Source of the DNA: an uncultured delta proteobacterium
GTDB taxonomy: Bacteria > Myxococcota_A > Polyangia > Fen-1088
Direction: 5' to 3'
Assembly (NCBI GenBank): GCA_963767925.1
Contig: CAVYGB010000008.1
Location: 2,016,001 to 2,080,000, forward strand
DNA: 64,000 nucleotides
Position numbers and translations under genes: made by a program. This document shows, in pieces, positions 63,627 to 64,000 of the stretch. The notes beneath the pieces were generated by a model. The model was not told the origin of the DNA and ran no database searches. It was given only the letters and a program-made list of their open reading frames with translations. The stretch's first letter is position 1; the number at the start of each line of letters is the position of its first letter.

Positions 63627-63961
63627 CAGCGACCCCTCTTTCCTTGGGCCAGGTGACGGCGGAGCTGGCGGGACTGCTCCCGACCTTGGTCAGGTGTGAG
63701 TGCCCGGGGACGGAGGCCCCGGTACAATCGCTCCCGGTAGGTCACACGCGTGGCCCCCAACTCAAGGACCGCCGCCCGGACCTCGGCCCCCAGGTAGGGC
63801 GACCACGGTCGGCCCAGGTACGCGGCCACGGCCAGACTGACAACCAGCGGTCGGATGGAGCAATCCGGATCGAAGACAAACAAGGACTGGATTGCGGACT
63901 CAACGGACGACAACCGACGGCTGGCGCTGGTTGCCGCTGGCCTACTTCGAGCGGACAACAC
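63626..63961 (-). CDS. Hypothetical phage protein (start uncertain)
   Basis: TGA/ATG coupling to the next gene; basic C-terminus. Confidence 0.5.
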   Translation of the reverse strand: MLSARSRPAATSASRRLSSVESAIQSLFVFDPDCSIRPLVVSLAVAAYLGRPWSPYLGAEVRAAVLELGATRVTYRERLYRGLRPRALTPDQGREQSRQLRRHLAQGKRGR

Positions 63962-64000
63962 GTTGGCCCTCCCCGCGATTCATCCCGTGGGGCCGGTGCC

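Larger units (their letters stand above)
36237..64000. mobile_element. Podovirus-like prophage (right end beyond window)
   Basis: Starts after the tRNA 3' end; gene content changes; terminase-portal-scaffold-capsid-tail-ejection order on the minus strand. Confidence 0.9.

Overview
GC-rich bacterial chromosome segment, most likely Myxococcota (inferred from gene content: TM Ser/Thr kinase with PEGA-like domain, PilT paralog, Thr-Tyr-Gly-Thr-tuf-rpmG-Trp-secE layout). Bases 1-24.7 kb are the core translation/transcription supercluster on the minus strand: tRNAs, tufB, rpmG, secE-nusG-rplKAJL-rpoBC, the str operon, the S10 operon and the start of spc. rplC (L3) is missing from its usual place between rpsJ and rplD. 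Bases 24.9-36.2 kb hold housekeeping and signalling genes ending in tRNA-Val(CAC). Everything after that tRNA (36.24-64.0 kb, running off the window) is a podovirus-like prophage: a cargo region (collagen-like lipoprotein, RHH regulator, HExxH lipoprotein, candidate structured RNA), ejection proteins, tail, capsid, scaffold, portal and terminase. A 22-25 bp motif recurs three times between late genes. A 3,215-bp IS21-family element with a 6-bp target duplication (CCAATA) and two extra overlapping ORFs sits at the terminase start. About 12 single-base frameshifts between 16.7 and 28.6 kb (several in essential genes) and about 4 in the prophage are most likely assembly errors.
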